A stretch of 63,284 nt of DNA, counting the filler, from Reticulomyxa filosa (taxonomy: Eukaryota > Protista > Foraminifera), in assembly GCA_000512085.1 (NCBI GenBank). It is 19 parts of 19 records of this genome, joined end to end, with 100 filler letters (N's around TTAATTAATTAA, not from the genome) between each part and the next. Parts side by side here need not be neighbours in the genome. Positions count along the whole stretch, not along the records: positions 37,249 to 48,704 come from ASPP01019486.1; positions 48,805 to 50,257 come from ASPP01035243.1; positions 50,358 to 51,363 come from ASPP01021101.1; 16 more parts are not named here. One strand, 5' to 3'. The translations under genes were made by a program, and so were the position numbers. Of the stretch, positions 37,149-51,080 are shown in pieces (the first letter of the stretch is position 1; each line of letters starts with the position of its first letter). The notes under the pieces are model-generated. The model was not told where the DNA came from. It saw only the letters and a program-made list of their open reading frames with translations, and did not search any database.

Positions 37149-39638
37149 NNNNNNNNNNNNNNNNNNNNNNNNNNNNNNNNNNNNNNNNNNNNTTAATTAA
37201 TTAANNNNNNNNNNNNNNNNNNNNNNNNNNNNNNNNNNNNNNNNNNNNCACTTGTTTTTTTAACAGAGTTGACAAAAAGATTAAAGATACAAAAATATAA
37301 AAAATGGAACTAACCCTTTTTAGCATCTTTCCAGTTGAAAATCAAAATCTAAAAGGAACGAATTTTTGAGATTTGAGAAACTTTTAAAGCAAGGACTTTG
37401 AAAGCACAAAAGCAATCAAAAGAATTTAATTAATTTACAATCTCCTTAGACAACTTTTAATGATGATATTTATTGTTGCTCATCAAACTAATTACAAATC
37501 TTTTCCTTCATCTTTCCAATTGTAAGAATATCACATTTATATAGCAAAAACTCCTTTTCTTATGAACACATTGCTCATTTACTCAACACTTCAGATATGA
37601 GCAAATTGTGCTATCATTGAATGAATATACACAATTATTATCTTTTTCTTAAAGCTGTCGTAATTGAATTGACGTCGAAGTTGGCTACTAATAAATACCA
37701 AAAACTTCGCGTGTACCACAATGTCCTTTTTACTGTTCGTCTACGAGTGTAAGCAGACACAAAAGTTTTGCAGTTTGTCGTCAAAGACAACATTAAATTG
37801 GACTGTTGTTCAACTTACAACAAATTATTTCAATTAATTTGAAGACATTTCTAGCATGCAATATAAATATTTATCTGAAACCAAAGAGAAAGTTATATTT
37901 GTTGTTCCACATATCAAAAGTTAATGATTTCCGAATTTTTGCAACAAAAAAAATGTTTCAAAATTTACTTTACAAAAATGTTTTTTTCATTGAAAAATTA
38001 TTATCTATATTTTGTGGAACAACTTCAAGAAATGATTTCAGATTTTCATTAATTTGACTAAAAAAAATCAAAAATAAGTTTTTTTTTTAAAAAAAGTGTC
38101 GTACATGTAAAATGAAAAGTGTATAAATGATAAATATTTTTCTACATACAATCAAAAGTGATAATATATAAAAAAATAAAAAATATAAATCGAGTGCCCT
38201 TGACCTGGGCAACAATTGGTGATATTTTCACCAAATAAATTTAATTTTTAATTTTAATTATACATTCGAATTATGTCAAATTTATCACACTTTTTATAAT
38301 ATTATTTTTTTAGATAACATAAACACTGCAACTGATAAGACTTAAACTACATTTTTCAATTCTCAATTTCATAAAAAAATTTCAAAGTTTGGATTCGTAA
38401 CACAAATACGAATAGAATGTTTACAGATGAAAAATTTGCATTTTCAAAACAAGTTTTGTTTTTCCAAAAGTGGTTTTGTGAAGTAAAATTGCAACAAAAT
38501 TATTTTTATTTCTTTCATCGTATGTAAATAACCATTTCACTTACATTAATATCTCCAGAACAGATCGGATAAAAAAAGTCAATTAAACAATGTGGGGTTA
38601 AAAGGGGACTTAATGTAATTTTTTTTATTTTAGCTGATGTAATGTTCTTCTTTTGAAAACAGGCCAAAAGATTTCATTATTTAATTCTTATGCTTTTTTG
38701 ATTATTCAAAATTGTATTTTATTCTTTGGTGGATATAACAGTACAGAAAAGCAATTTACAGTTTGTTTTTTATATGAGTTTCCAAAATTTCGCATGAACG
38801 CATATAAATCGAATGTTTTTGATCAATATAGGAAAAATTTATTATAAAATCAATTTCATTTTTAAAACTACAAGATTTGTAGATATTTTTAAAAATCAGT
38901 GCTAAATGTTTATTTTTCATGGAGAAAATCAATTCTCTTCATAGAAGTGCCACTTAGTTATTTCAGTTTTTTTTATATCGCTGTACATTCACAAGAAAAA
39001 CACACTAATCTCTTCTTCTACTAAACAACGCACAAAGTATTGTGCATGGACTACGCTTCTAATTTGATTTCAATTAAAAAACATCACCTTTTTCATTATG
39101 TTCCATCGTTATTGCTATTGGTGTATTGTAGTGATACATGAGTCATAACTGACTCCAGAGTTGTAATAACTCAACTCATAAAACATTCATTCTCTTTATT
39201 CTCAATTTTCTTATACTTTTAGTTTAGCTGAGCTATCTTTCTTGCATCTCTCTACAGTATGACCACATTCATTCCTTTAGCAAAGTGTATATCAGCAAAA
39301 AATGATTTATCACATTGAAAATAGATACCATCATGAGGCTATATGACCACCATAGTATGGAACTTTTTTTTTTTGAACTAAATTGTGTCCATAAAAAGAA
39401 ATATCTTTTTAGTTTGTAAAAAGAAAAGAAGTTTATCACATTTTTTAAATCGACATGAAGAAGAAATTTTTTTTTTGGTAATTTGTTAAACAATAGTGCA
39501 TAAAACAAAAATCAAAAAGATTTTTATCCACTCTAGTAACAAGTGTTTTCTTGGGGGGACAAACAAGCTTGGATGAAGAAATTTTTAATAGTAAAGCTAT
39601 TTTTTCCTCCTCTCGTGTCGCTTTCCAATTGAATTCAA

Positions 39639-40995
39639 ATGAAAGATATGTTGCCAAAGATTGTGGGTGGGCTATTGCTTGCATTTCAGTGCGTACTATT
39701 GTTTCATTTTGTCTACTTGTTTTTCTTTCATGTAAAAAATTCTTCTCGACCAATTGATTCCAGAGTTATCTGTTTGACCGGTAATCTTTTAGTGAAATGT
39801 CTTTTTGTTAGCATATCTTCATTCATTGAAAAGTTGATATAGATCATTAAAAAAAACAACAGCGACGACACAGTTGTTATATTGGATGTGCGCGATTAGT
39901 GCTTTTGCATTGAATGTGATAGTATCAGAGAGTAACAATAATTTTCAAGACAACTATTCCATAATTTTCCAAAGGGAAAGGCTTTCCTTGGTTGTCATTA
40001 CGCTGTTCACTTTCGGATTGGGTAGTTCCTTCATGTCAGTAGAGAAACAATAACAAAACAAAAGAGTGTATGAAGGGAGGGGAAAGGAACATGCTTAAAG
40101 TAGCCTATGTAGTCATTTAAATGAAAAGAATATGGCATACTATTACAAAAAAAAAAAAAAGGTATTTATTATTTTTGCGGCGAATGTTTCTTTAGCATTT
40201 AAAGGAACGGTGTTTAATTACGAGAAATCGACATATCAAGCAACAGCAATGATAATAGTAATAAAAGGACTGATAACGATAGTGATGTGCATTTGGTTAG
40301 TGATTCGTGCATCCGTGAAAAGCAGTAACATAAGACATGGATCCACAAAAAAAGGGATAGTGGCGTTACTGCTTTGGAGCTTGGTTGGACTTTTTGTATC
40401 TATATTTTTGACGATATTGTTTGTTCGGAAATTATATGAATTGGTGAAAACAGAATTAGAAACCATGACATCACCAACAACAATGAACAATATTGAGTAC
40501 AATAATAATCTGTCACCAACATCGGCAGCAATGTCTCGCTCTTTTTCTTTCTCTTTGGACCAACCACAACCACCAAAAAACAATTCCATTAAATTTCATA
40601 CAAGACAGCAAATTTTAATTAAAACTATTACAAAATATTGTTTGTTAAACGGCATCGCTGCTTGTGTCACTTGGATGTGGTCTTTCATTTTCGTTTTGAA
40701 ACTCGGATATCGTATTGGACATATCAACGCACTTTTGAACTTGCTCACTCTCTTCTGTGTTATTATCAGTACTTGTCTATATTTGCAATTCTCCTGTACA
40801 CAATCGACTTATATTCGAATATGCCATTGCTGCCATATTTGCTGTTTTCGAGGTGTCAAAAGATGGATGAAGGCAAAACTACACAATCAACACCCTCCAA
40901 CTATAAATCCTCACTCCATAGTTTATATCACTTCTCCTCCGATCGACTTGCGGTCAAACCCTTTGGAGATTCAGAATGAAAATACAAACCAGTAA
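39639..40995 (+). CDS. GPCR-like multi-pass (probably 7TM) membrane protein
   Basis: Exon 1 MKDMLPKIVGGLLLAFQCVLLFHFVYLFFFH, a middle exon at ~39862-40021, and a last exon within ORF 40132-40995. It has several helices, a long loop after FVRKLYEL, and LYLQFSCTQSTYIRICHCCHICC (TM7/helix 8 with Cys cluster). Confidence 0.65.
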
Positions 40996-41545
40996 CTGTT
41001 ATTTGTTTATGTATTTGTTTTAGTAGTAAATAAATTTTAATTGGGCACGAGTCCAAAAATTTTTTTTCTTTGGGGTTTGAAAATTGTTAACAAGCTATAT
41101 GGTTGTGAAATCAATGCAATCTTGTTAGGTGTGGACTGTCGTCAATGATTTTTCTCGCTTTTTTTTTTGAGTTCATGGGTACAACTTTGCAATGTAATGC
41201 TTTTACTTTCGGTAATTTTTTCTACTTTAGGCTGTAAAAAATATGTCACAGTTTTTTAAAGTGATTTTATTGCCACTATATTTTAAATTTATTAATTGTG
41301 CTAAAACATATTCCGTTCTTATTTTTCTTTCAACGCTTCCAAACATGTTTTTGTATTGTTCCCATTTTTTTTCTCTTCAAATGAAAAGTTATATTGAAAA
41401 TTATAATAAAAAAAAGAATGATTAGTGGTTCAAATTTGTGAGAAAATTGTATAATATACTTTTGATCGCTTTTCAAGCGTTTGTAGATAAAAAGGAATTA
41501 CTTCATGTTAAATTTTTTTTTTTGCTCAATTGAATTAAAAAACTA

Positions 41546-44321
41546 TCACCGCCTGGTAGGGGTTGTGTCTATGCTCTGCTTAGAAGGATTGACGACGTGT
41601 TTGTATTTGACTCGGTTAAATCGTAGGAGTAAGAAGGCAAGAAGATGGAAACCAAGGAGCAACAATATAACATTACGTATGGGCTCTCCTACGCTATATC
41701 CTTCGAAAGATAATCTTTGTAACACCTAATAACAAGACAATCAATCGATCTCTTTAAAAAGGAGAAAAGGGGATATAAAATATGTAATGTATGATGTATA
41801 GATTGACTTGATCCCCAGTAGCTAGACAAGCTTGTCCTGCCCCTTGGTCACAATGGAAATGTTCACCATGGAATTCATTGACAGCAAAAGCCATGAAAGC
41901 CCATCGAATGTAGCTGAGATTTTCTAGCCAACGCAGCCATATTGGGATATTGTTGACATTGATATAAAAACCAGCAAACATTACTTGCAAAATCATTAAT
42001 GGACTCGCCATGACGTTGGCAGCGTCGACGGAAGGAGCGAATGCAGCGATGAACAATCCCAATGAAATTGCAGAGAGCGAAGTCAAAATGGTGACTGCCA
42101 TGAAAATGAAAAACGCAACTGCTGTTGGATGTAGATTCACGGACCAATACATCACACAAGAAAATATCAATGGATAAAGTACATCCGCAGGTAGTGATGT
42201 CATTACTTTGGTACTATAATAAGCCAAAATATGATAACTTTTTGCCTTTTTTTTTTTGTAATTATTCAATGATTATCATTATTAGTTTACAATGTTTCAA
42301 ATGTTTTAAAAATATAAACAAAACCTGTCTTTCTCGAATAATGATCGCTTTTTCCACAGTAAATGCATTGACAGTACTAATTAAAGCTTGGAATGATTGA
42401 TTAACGACGACAAAGAATAAAATACCAGTCCGGTCTTGAATAGACTTTTGTCCGTAACCCGTATTGCTGTATACTGCGGATAATATCAAGCTAAACAGTA
42501 ATGAAAAAAATAAGCGAATGGTCAGTGCGAATTTGTTTCGAAATACCTGTCGAAAACCACGTTTCATTAACACTTGAAATTGGATTGGGAAACTTGATCG
42601 AACAGTGCCACTTTCTTTTTCAAGCTCTTTCAATGATTCGGTCACGCTCGTTTCATGTGTTATCTTTTTGTCCATTTTTTAAAAATTTTTTAATGGAAAA
42701 CTTGTAATAAAAAAAAAAACATACAGTTTCTTTTTCCACTTTTTGCCATTCCTCTTTCAATTTTTGGATTCGCTCTTCTGACCCTTGTTCATTTCGAAAA
42801 TCACGAGAAACAATATCCAAAAAATAATCTGCCGGATTGCTTGTTATATTTGTTTATGTATTTGTTTGTAATCTATTTGAACAATTGAGAAAAAGAAGAA
42901 AGAAAAGGAGAGGTAGGACGATAAAAAACGATCAGACTAAAAAAAAAAAGATTCATCATACAAGTAAGAAGGGCAAACGAGTCCCAGTTTGCTAAAGTAA
43001 TTGACCGGTTCTTGTCCTGCCTTACCATTATAAACGACCAATCCGTCAGCCATCAATATTAGCCTGTCAAACTATTAATGTATTTGTTTATTTCTTTATT
43101 TATTTGTCGTCTCTCACTTTGTTTTGTTTCGTTTGTGAGATAAGCGTAACTAGTGAATAGATGCTAGAGCGTGGCTGATGTATGCTTGTGATTACAGTAC
43201 AGCCACTTGCACACAATGCCTTCAGCGCTTCGACCACATTGAGGGCTTGAAAACTGTCCAATCCTGATCTATTTTGTTTGTTTATTTGTATGGTGTACAT
43301 TTAAGGGTAGAGATGTGTTCGAAATTAGAATGGTCAGAACAACTTTGGGGAGGGACTTAAAAAATATGTATTACTGTTATTTACTTACGTTGGTTCATCC
43401 AAAAAAAGTAACGACGGATCTTGAATCAATTCAACTCCAATGTTTGCGCGCTTTCGCTCTCCTCCACTGACACCCTTAAACTTTTCATCTCCAATCAGCG
43501 TATTTTCTGCTCTGCTCAGATTCAACTCTGTGATTATTCCACTCACGCGCCTTTGTTTATCCGACGTTTTAATGTCCGATGGCAATCGGAAGTCAGCTGC
43601 TGCTTCCAACGTTTCTCGGACAGTCTTTACACAATTTTCATGCAGTCCAATCATATTTTTTTTTATTAGAAACGTAAGAAAAAAAGAATGTTCTTTTTTT
43701 CTTTACACCTTCTTACATTGTATTTTATTCGTGGAATATATAGCTTCGGAAAAATAGAAAAAGGACAGACCTGCATACTGAAAAGGACATCATCTTGCTG
43801 AACAAAAGCAGCCAAACGAGCAAATTTTGATCCTAATGTGGTATAATCAACGCCATTGATCTTAATGCTACCTTCCAAACGAGACCCCTTCATGTCCATA
43901 ATTCGACCAGCCAAACAGTTGATCAAAGTAGTTTTGCCTAAAGTATCAACACATTTGTTCAACTAGTTGGGATCAGACATCAATTAATTGAGCAGATAAT
44001 TTTTTTTTACTTACCACTCCCACTCGGTCCCATGATCGCCACTAGCTCTCCTGGTGTAGCCACCCCCGTAACATTACATAATATTTGCTTTTCAATTTTT
44101 GGTTTGCAGCACACTTTGGAGGATTTCGGATCTTTTATTGTTATCCAGTAATTGATGTTGTTCCATTCAACAGTAACCGGTAACCGTTTCCGACTCAACT
44201 CCAACAGTGATTTGCGGTCAGCATGGATAGTGCTAGGTCTTAATGCTGTCAGCTCTTGGCTTGCATCAGCAACTGGATGAGCTCCTGTTGTTAAAGGCTG
44301 TGTTTCGTCTACGACTGACAT
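41546..44321 (-). CDS. ABCG (White-family) half-size ABC transporter, multi-exon
   Basis: Walker A GELVAIMGPSGSGKTT, AAFVQQDD, signature GVSGGERKRANIGVELI, Walker B LLFLDEPTSGLDS, SIHQPRS, then an ABC2 membrane domain (IQDRTGILFF, IIIRER, NIPIWLRWLENLSYIRWAF); NBD-first topology. Confidence 0.96.
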
Positions 44322-45221
44322 CGAAAATTCTTTCAAAATATTTAAATAAAATTATTTTTCGAAAGTTCTGGCAATTTCAAAACACTTTAATATAAGTTTT
44401 CGGTTAAAATTTAGTTGTTTTTTTTTTTTTAAATTTGAAACCTTGGCCCAGATGAAAGATCAGTTTTCAATATAGCCAAAATCTTCAAATTTTCCGAGTA
44501 CTAATGAACTACGACAAAAAACAAAAGTATAACACTATATTTTCAAACAAAAAATATGTTGGCAATATTTTCAAGAATGTCACTTTACTTACAACAATTA
44601 TCAGACTTTATGACCAATCGCATGGAATGTCAAAAAAATTAATATAGTCCATTTATTTCATTGTAAAAAAATAGATTGATGAAATATGCGATTACTATTA
44701 GTTTAAATGAATTGTAAGAATACAATTCATTTTTTAAAAAATGCGTTTTGTTAAGATATGTAAGTATTTATTAATTGTTTGCCATTGTAAAGTAATAAAA
44801 TTTCAGTAAAACAAAATTAAATAAAAATAATCAACAAAAGACAAAGAATACAACAAAAACAAGAAAGAGAAAGTTGTTATGTTGTCCAAGGTTCCTTGAG
44901 TTACAACAGGGACATACTCTATGTCACATGTTTGATTTATTTCAAAAAAATATAAATTCGCTGATTTTTTAAAAAAACTTTTTTGACATTCTCTGAGGTA
45001 AAAAAATATTTAAAAATTTGATTTGCACAAATCAAATTATTTTCATGGAAACTCACCTCAGTACAGTCATATTGCAATTCAGTTTTATTTTTCCTTTTTC
45101 ATTTTTAATTTGCAAAAATGTACAACTCCATGAGGGCAAGCAAAAAGCCAAGACAAGAAAAAAATCCAGAGAGCCACATTAACAAAGATACCAAACAAAA
45201 TATAGACACATTTATAGGAAT

Positions 45222-48200
45222 TTACTTTTCTTCCTGCCATTGAGGTGAAAATCTGTCAATTGGATGTTGAAGTGTTTTGAAGTGTGATTCCAAGACAGCA
45301 GTAATCAAGTCAATATTTTTTTCCATTTCTTGCCATCCAGCGAGCAACCCTCTGACAAAGGGTTTGTAACCTTCCATTACAGGATCCGCGACTTCTTTGG
45401 TCTTCCAAAATGGTCCTTTTGCTTTTGGAGCAGGATTTAAATCTGCTGGATACAATCTTTGCAGCTTATCTAAATAAATGGTAGGATCTAATAATCGATA
45501 GCGATGTCTTAGTCCAGTCAAAAACAATATCGTGGTTCCAGCCCACAACCAGCCATCTCCAAAGTAAGCCTTTTTTTTTTTTTTTTTTTTTAAGAAAACA
45601 ATGCCTTTGCAAGTATAATATGATAAAGCTATAAAGGACACATAGATGTATATGAGAGCGAATATATGAGAAAAAAAAGATGTGTATTTGTTAGACGAAG
45701 TAAACTCGGTCAGGGACATAGCCTTGCTGTTTTTGTTTTTCCTCTTCTTCGGGTGAGAAGTCGGGACACAAAAAGATCCACGTGGCGACACTCCAAAAGC
45801 GTGCAAAGTCTTTGGGATTTTCATGATCCAAAATGCCATTGTTTGGCTCCGGTCCCTTCCATTCTTCCAATAACTTGGTTTCTTCCAACAATTTGTGCAA
45901 GTAGTCGAGCGTTGCACCGAACAGCCATCCGCCGTTTTCACGCAGATAAGCGTGTCGAAACATGGCATTGCGAATGCACGACTCAAACAGCTGTTGTTCC
46001 TTGACCATAGAAGCACCACGCTTGTCGGCCTTCATGGCAGTCAAAGTTTGCTTCAAAACAGTAACGAGAGGCGATTCTTTGGGTTTGGAAGCCACAGCTG
46101 CGGCGCCTGTGAATTTGGTCGAGTCTTGCGATTTTATGTCATCGGATAAGGCCGCGGGCTCTTCACCAGAGAAAAAGGCACGAATCTGATGTTCGTAATA
46201 CGACTCATTGGTCAACACTTCGTCGAGCATTTGGACCAAGCACAGGGCATTGCCGGCTTCACGCATCAGATTGAACACGCCCTCACGCAAAGCCGGATAC
46301 TCTTTGATGTTTTTCAGACGCAAGTCATAGAAGCCGTAGACACCCAAGACTCCGTAATGAGCGGGCTGTAGTTTCATTGGATCCAACGCCTTCAAAATTT
46401 CGGTAACGTACGGACTGACGTCTCGAATGATGACATGGGCGACAGTTTTGACCACTTCGTCCACCAGCAAAGGCATGGACTCGATTCCCATCAAGGAAAC
46501 AATAGCGTGCAAGTGCTCAATGCCAAAGAAGCCACGTGTGACTTTGAACAATTCGTGATAAATCTTGGTGAAACGAGAGCCCCACAAAAACGCATTTTCC
46601 ACACGCTTCATAGCTTTTGCGCGTTCCAAACTAACGAATCGTCGCGTGGTGTTATTGAACACCGATGTGCGCAACAGTCCACTGAACAATTGATTATACG
46701 TTGCCAAGAACAATCTTCCACGATACGATCCGATTGTGGTGTCCTCGTTAATTTCATTGAACATGTCATCAAACGGGTCGATGCCAGGCAATTCCTCACG
46801 AAGGAAATCGACAGTCAGTCGCAACGTGGACACCAAATGCTCGATTTCGATGACGCCGGAAATGCTGTTTGTCACTTCGTAACGAGAAATGATCGCATCA
46901 ATGTTTTCTCGAACGTAGCTATTCAGTTGTTCGGTCAGCAAAGCTTGGGTGTCAACAGTGCGTCCCAACACATGCAAGCACTTTTGTTGGAAGACGGGCG
47001 TGTATCGTGCGTAGTTGAGCTTCATGACGTTTTTGCCGAGCTGAACGCGCAGCTCTTCCATCCTTCGTTGAAACGGCTTGTCTAACAACACGCTGGCAGC
47101 CTTGTTCTTGTAATAATCAAAGATCTTTTGATACAATGTAAAGATCAGCTGATCAAACACCAAGTTGACCTCGGCCTCGATTTCGTCGAACAAATGCTGC
47201 TGATGGAACACGGTCAAGGCCATCTCGGCACTGTCGTTGTAAATACTCAACGGGAAAAATACATTGGGTGCAAGCGAAGGGGTGTTCATCGCAAAATCGA
47301 CCAACATCCATGGCAAAGACATGGCAATAGGGAATTGAATGCAGTCAGTTAAATTCAAATAAAACTCACGGAACCACAAATCGGACAAGTTGGTGGCATT
47401 GTGAACCGTGTCCATAAAGTTTTGGAAATACGTGACATATCCCAGCAATTGGAATGTGGATTCGAAGGCATTTTTTTCTTCTTTCTTTAGGTCTTTGTCG
47501 GCAAAGAATCCGCCACCCATGCCTTTGCTTTCTTCGCTGTACACGTGAAACAGCAGTCGTCGCAGCATCAACACCTGAGTGCGTGTCGGAAACACGCTCC
47601 TCGCGGGCCATTTGTGAGGTTCCATCTTTTTGATTTCCTTCTCTTTGTTCTTTTTGAAGTCCTCCCTTATTTTGGTAATGTCATAGCAGTCGGCGATGAC
47701 CAAACGTATTTTCAGCAGCGTGTCGTTCAGGTCCCCTTTTTTTTTCTTATGTGAGCGATATAGAGGAAGCAATAGCGTGTTGTGAGAAAACTCCTGCAAA
47801 TGTTCGTGGACATAGCGAGCCAACACAGGTTTGATAAAGGACTCATTTTCCAAGAGCAGATTGGACAGTCCCTTGATAAGACCAATGGTCTCGACCATGG
47901 CGTACTTTAATTCATTTTCGTAGTTGTAGCGTGTGATCTGTTCGTAGACCTCAGCCTTGCCGCCTTTGCCGCCAAAGGTGGCGTATTTAGCGGCGTCGAT
48001 GGGGTTGTTGGCCTTGAACATGACCTGTTCTTGGACACGAGACGTCCAATCGCCAATGAATTTGAAGCCTTGCAGTAGCACATTGGATGCATGTTGCAGC
48101 AGCGGCACGGGGATTTGTTCATCGCTCTTCACACTGCGCAGGTCGTGCAGCAGCGTGACCAACTCGGCCGAGTATGCCGTGTATTCCTCTTGAATGCGCA

Positions 48201-48688
48201 CGCGCCAGTTGACCAGATTGTAATACAATGGATTCTTCTTACTGTTCCAATCGCTCTCCATCGACGAAGTGTAGTGCTCGCACAATGGCAACAACAGCTC
48301 GATGCGCGTGGTACAGTCCAAGTAGATCGGAATGTACGGCGCCTTTCGCAGTAGGTTGCGAATCTCTTTGATGGGGATATACTTGCCCCCTTTGAATACG
48401 TTGCACTCGCCGTCGTCCACCAGATACATCGACGCCAATAAACTGCGATGCAGTCCGTGCTTTTGCGCTGGCGTCACGTACGTGTGCTCGTTCAGGTCGC
48501 TCAGTGCCTGCGTCATCAGCGCGCCGAACAACTCCTCTTTGTGAGGCACCTGTCGAATGTCCTCCTTCATATGGTACAGGATGATGTGATAGGGTCGCGA
48601 CGGATCGTTCAAAAAGTTGTGGATCTCGGTTATTGCCGTCATCAGATCCGTTGCGTTGGGCAGGATGTTGCGCACAAATGAAAACGCC
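45222..48688 (-). CDS. CYFIP: Cytoplasmic FMR1-interacting protein / Sra-1 / PIR121 (SCAR-WAVE complex), 5' partial
   Basis: YEQITRYNY..ELKYAMVETIGLIKGL, TNLSDLWFREFYL...IQFPIAMSLPWML, PLSIYNDSA...QQHLFDEIEAEVNLVFDQ, WKGPEPNNGILD...FARFWS, FGDG. The intron at 45570-45705 joins VPDR to AYFGDG in frame. Confidence 0.97.
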
Positions 48689-49799
48689 CTTTTTTTTTTT
48701 TTTTNNNNNNNNNNNNNNNNNNNNNNNNNNNNNNNNNNNNNNNNNNNNTTAATTAATTAANNNNNNNNNNNNNNNNNNNNNNNNNNNNNNNNNNNNNNNN
48801 NNNNTTGATATGTTGATTAAAGTGTTTTTGTTTGACCGTCTCACTTGTGTTCGCTGTGACGTTAAGCGCAAGTGAGAGGAATACATTTAATACATGCAGC
48901 GCCACCAACACCAACGACGATTTCATGCTGCCGTTTGAACAACTGAAGGCTTTCACTCAAGATTTTCTCCTCCGTTTGTCCCCTCCACTTCTACTAGGCA
49001 CACCGAAACGGAAGGACATTCAATGAGCAATAAAGCCATTTTAAGAAAAATTTTTTGGCAAACGAGTGTATTTGTAAAACTTTAAACGAATTGCAAACGA
49101 TTTATGCAAATGCCAAGTTGATTGGAAAATGAATTTGTTTTGTACATTCACTACAGCCCAAGACAAAAACAGTTGGCTCTTTTCTAATTTAAAAATTCTT
49201 TTCACTTAAGAAGATAAACATGTATAAATTAAAAAAAAAGCACGACCTCCAATCAAAGAAAAAAAAATGTAAATGGAAAAAGTAGAGATAGTGAATATTT
49301 CAACAATTTCCAAAAAAATAAAACTAGAACAAAATATTTAAAGCAGGCAGGCCTGCAAAAATGCTCACTAACCATTCCACCATCTTTCATATCCATCAAA
49401 TTTATATCTGTGTATGCGTTTGTGCATTGTGTATATTGCAATCGTTTTACATTTTCTTTTTTTTTTTGATTGGGTGAGGAAAAGATCATCTGAAAAAACT
49501 TGATTGGTTGCATTTTGACTTGTAGACAAGTAAACAAGATGAGGAACCCCTCCAAAAAAAAAGATACCTGTACAACTCCAGTCTCCTATAAATGCATTCA
49601 TCGTTGTCTCATGCGTTCCAGCACAACTGTCATTTAAAGTTGTTCTTTGTGAGAGCACACATAGATCTAATCGGGCTGAGACAAGCCTTGCAAGAGAAAG
49701 AATGTTCTTTGACAGGCTCGTGATGATGATCCACTTTTCCAAATATCATTATCCAAGCGACCAACTCCAATGACGGTCATGACTTTGCTGATGTAAGGG

Positions 49800-50140
49800 T
49801 CCATGCTTGGGGATTGAAATCCCCATTTCTCACCGATCTTTCAGCAATACATTCCAAATTGCGATTGGTCATTGCAATGATGAGTTCGACTAAGTGTGAG
49901 TTCCCCCTTGGAAAGGTATTTGAACTGGCCACGTCCATCGGGCATGATCAAGATGTTGTCGGGATGAGTGTCACTTTTGAACCCTCTATTTTTGAAGATT
50001 TGATATCCATGCACTAACAACAGTATTTTCAGAAAAAGCGCCAGATTGGGCATCATGGGTGCGTCATACGAGAGATAAAGCACTGACACCGACAGCCTGT
50101 CAGGCCAAGTCAGCAGGATAAATAGCAGAGTAGGCATGCA
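49800..50140 (-). pseudogene. ABC1/UbiB (ADCK) atypical kinase remnant
   Basis: HGYQIFKNRGFKSDTHPDNILIMPDGRGQFKYLS resembles the family motif QIF..GFFH.DPHPGNIL...DG....D.G, with substitutions and loss of the DFG-like segment. Confidence 0.55.
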
Positions 50141-50962
50141 AGTGAGTAAAACGTTAGTACGTTGTACAAATCTCTCAGCTTCTTTAATGTGTAAGAAAAA
50201 ATTATCACGCAGGGGAGAGTAGGGAGAAAAAGTTCGTAAAGCAACAAACGTGTGTATNNNNNNNNNNNNNNNNNNNNNNNNNNNNNNNNNNNNNNNNNNN
50301 NTTAATTAATTAANNNNNNNNNNNNNNNNNNNNNNNNNNNNNNNNNNNNNNNNNNNNGGTGTCTTGATGGAGTTTCGCCACAACTTCTCCACCACTTTGC
50401 AAGACTTCCACGTTTTTTTTTCTTGGCAGATCCAACGACCCATTCAACCAGCGCACATACGAACTATTTTCTATTGTTTCCATGCGTTGACGAACTGAGA
50501 GCCATTTCCATGACGACTGAGTTTTGATTGTTTTTTGTCGCCAGTAGATCGCAATTCGACGTCGTTTTTGATCTTTGCAATACCAACAATTGTTCGCTGA
50601 TACTTGTATACGAGAATAATTTTTTCAAATGTTTCAGTTGCCACTCTCGTTCTGGATCTTTCATTAATGCGTGCTATGTGAATTTCACGCCAGCGAGTGG
50701 CGACTTTGAGCTTTCCATTTGTTGTGATTTGCTCGATAGTAATATAATAATTGAGCATTTTATCACAATTTCCACTTTTTTTCTTATTTTGAATTTTTGT
50801 ATTTTTTTTTTTTACTTTTAATCTTTTTTTTTCTTCATTTTTTACGTTGTCATTTTATTTTTTTTTTAAACATTTTTTCATTTTTCAATTTTCCCATTCT
50901 TTTTTCAAATTTTGTCATCTTTTTAATTTTTTTTCTTTTTCTCAAATAAAATTTTTTTACAT

Positions 50963-51080
50963 TATTTTTTTCCCCTAAACTATTTTTCCCCCCCAACCCC
51001 CCCCGCATCTATTTTTCCCCCACAAACTATTTTTTTCCCCTCCCAACTATTTTCCACAAACCTATTTTTTCCCCAACCCT
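50963..51080. repeat. Degenerate tandem repeat (~20-nt unit AACTATTTTTCCCC), G-rich on the minus strand
   Basis: About six units with C4-C7 runs, followed by (AAAAAAAT)n. Confidence 0.75.

Noticed and set aside
38110-38300. Weak inverted repeat around a TGCCC-TTGACCT-GGGCA hairpin
   Set aside because: The arms are short and almost pure A/T; not distinguishable from background by eye.
45666-48681. Numerous plus-strand ORFs opposite CYFIP (also opposite IFRD and the CAP-Gly region)
   Set aside because: Antisense shadows of GC-richer coding sequence; no independent motifs.
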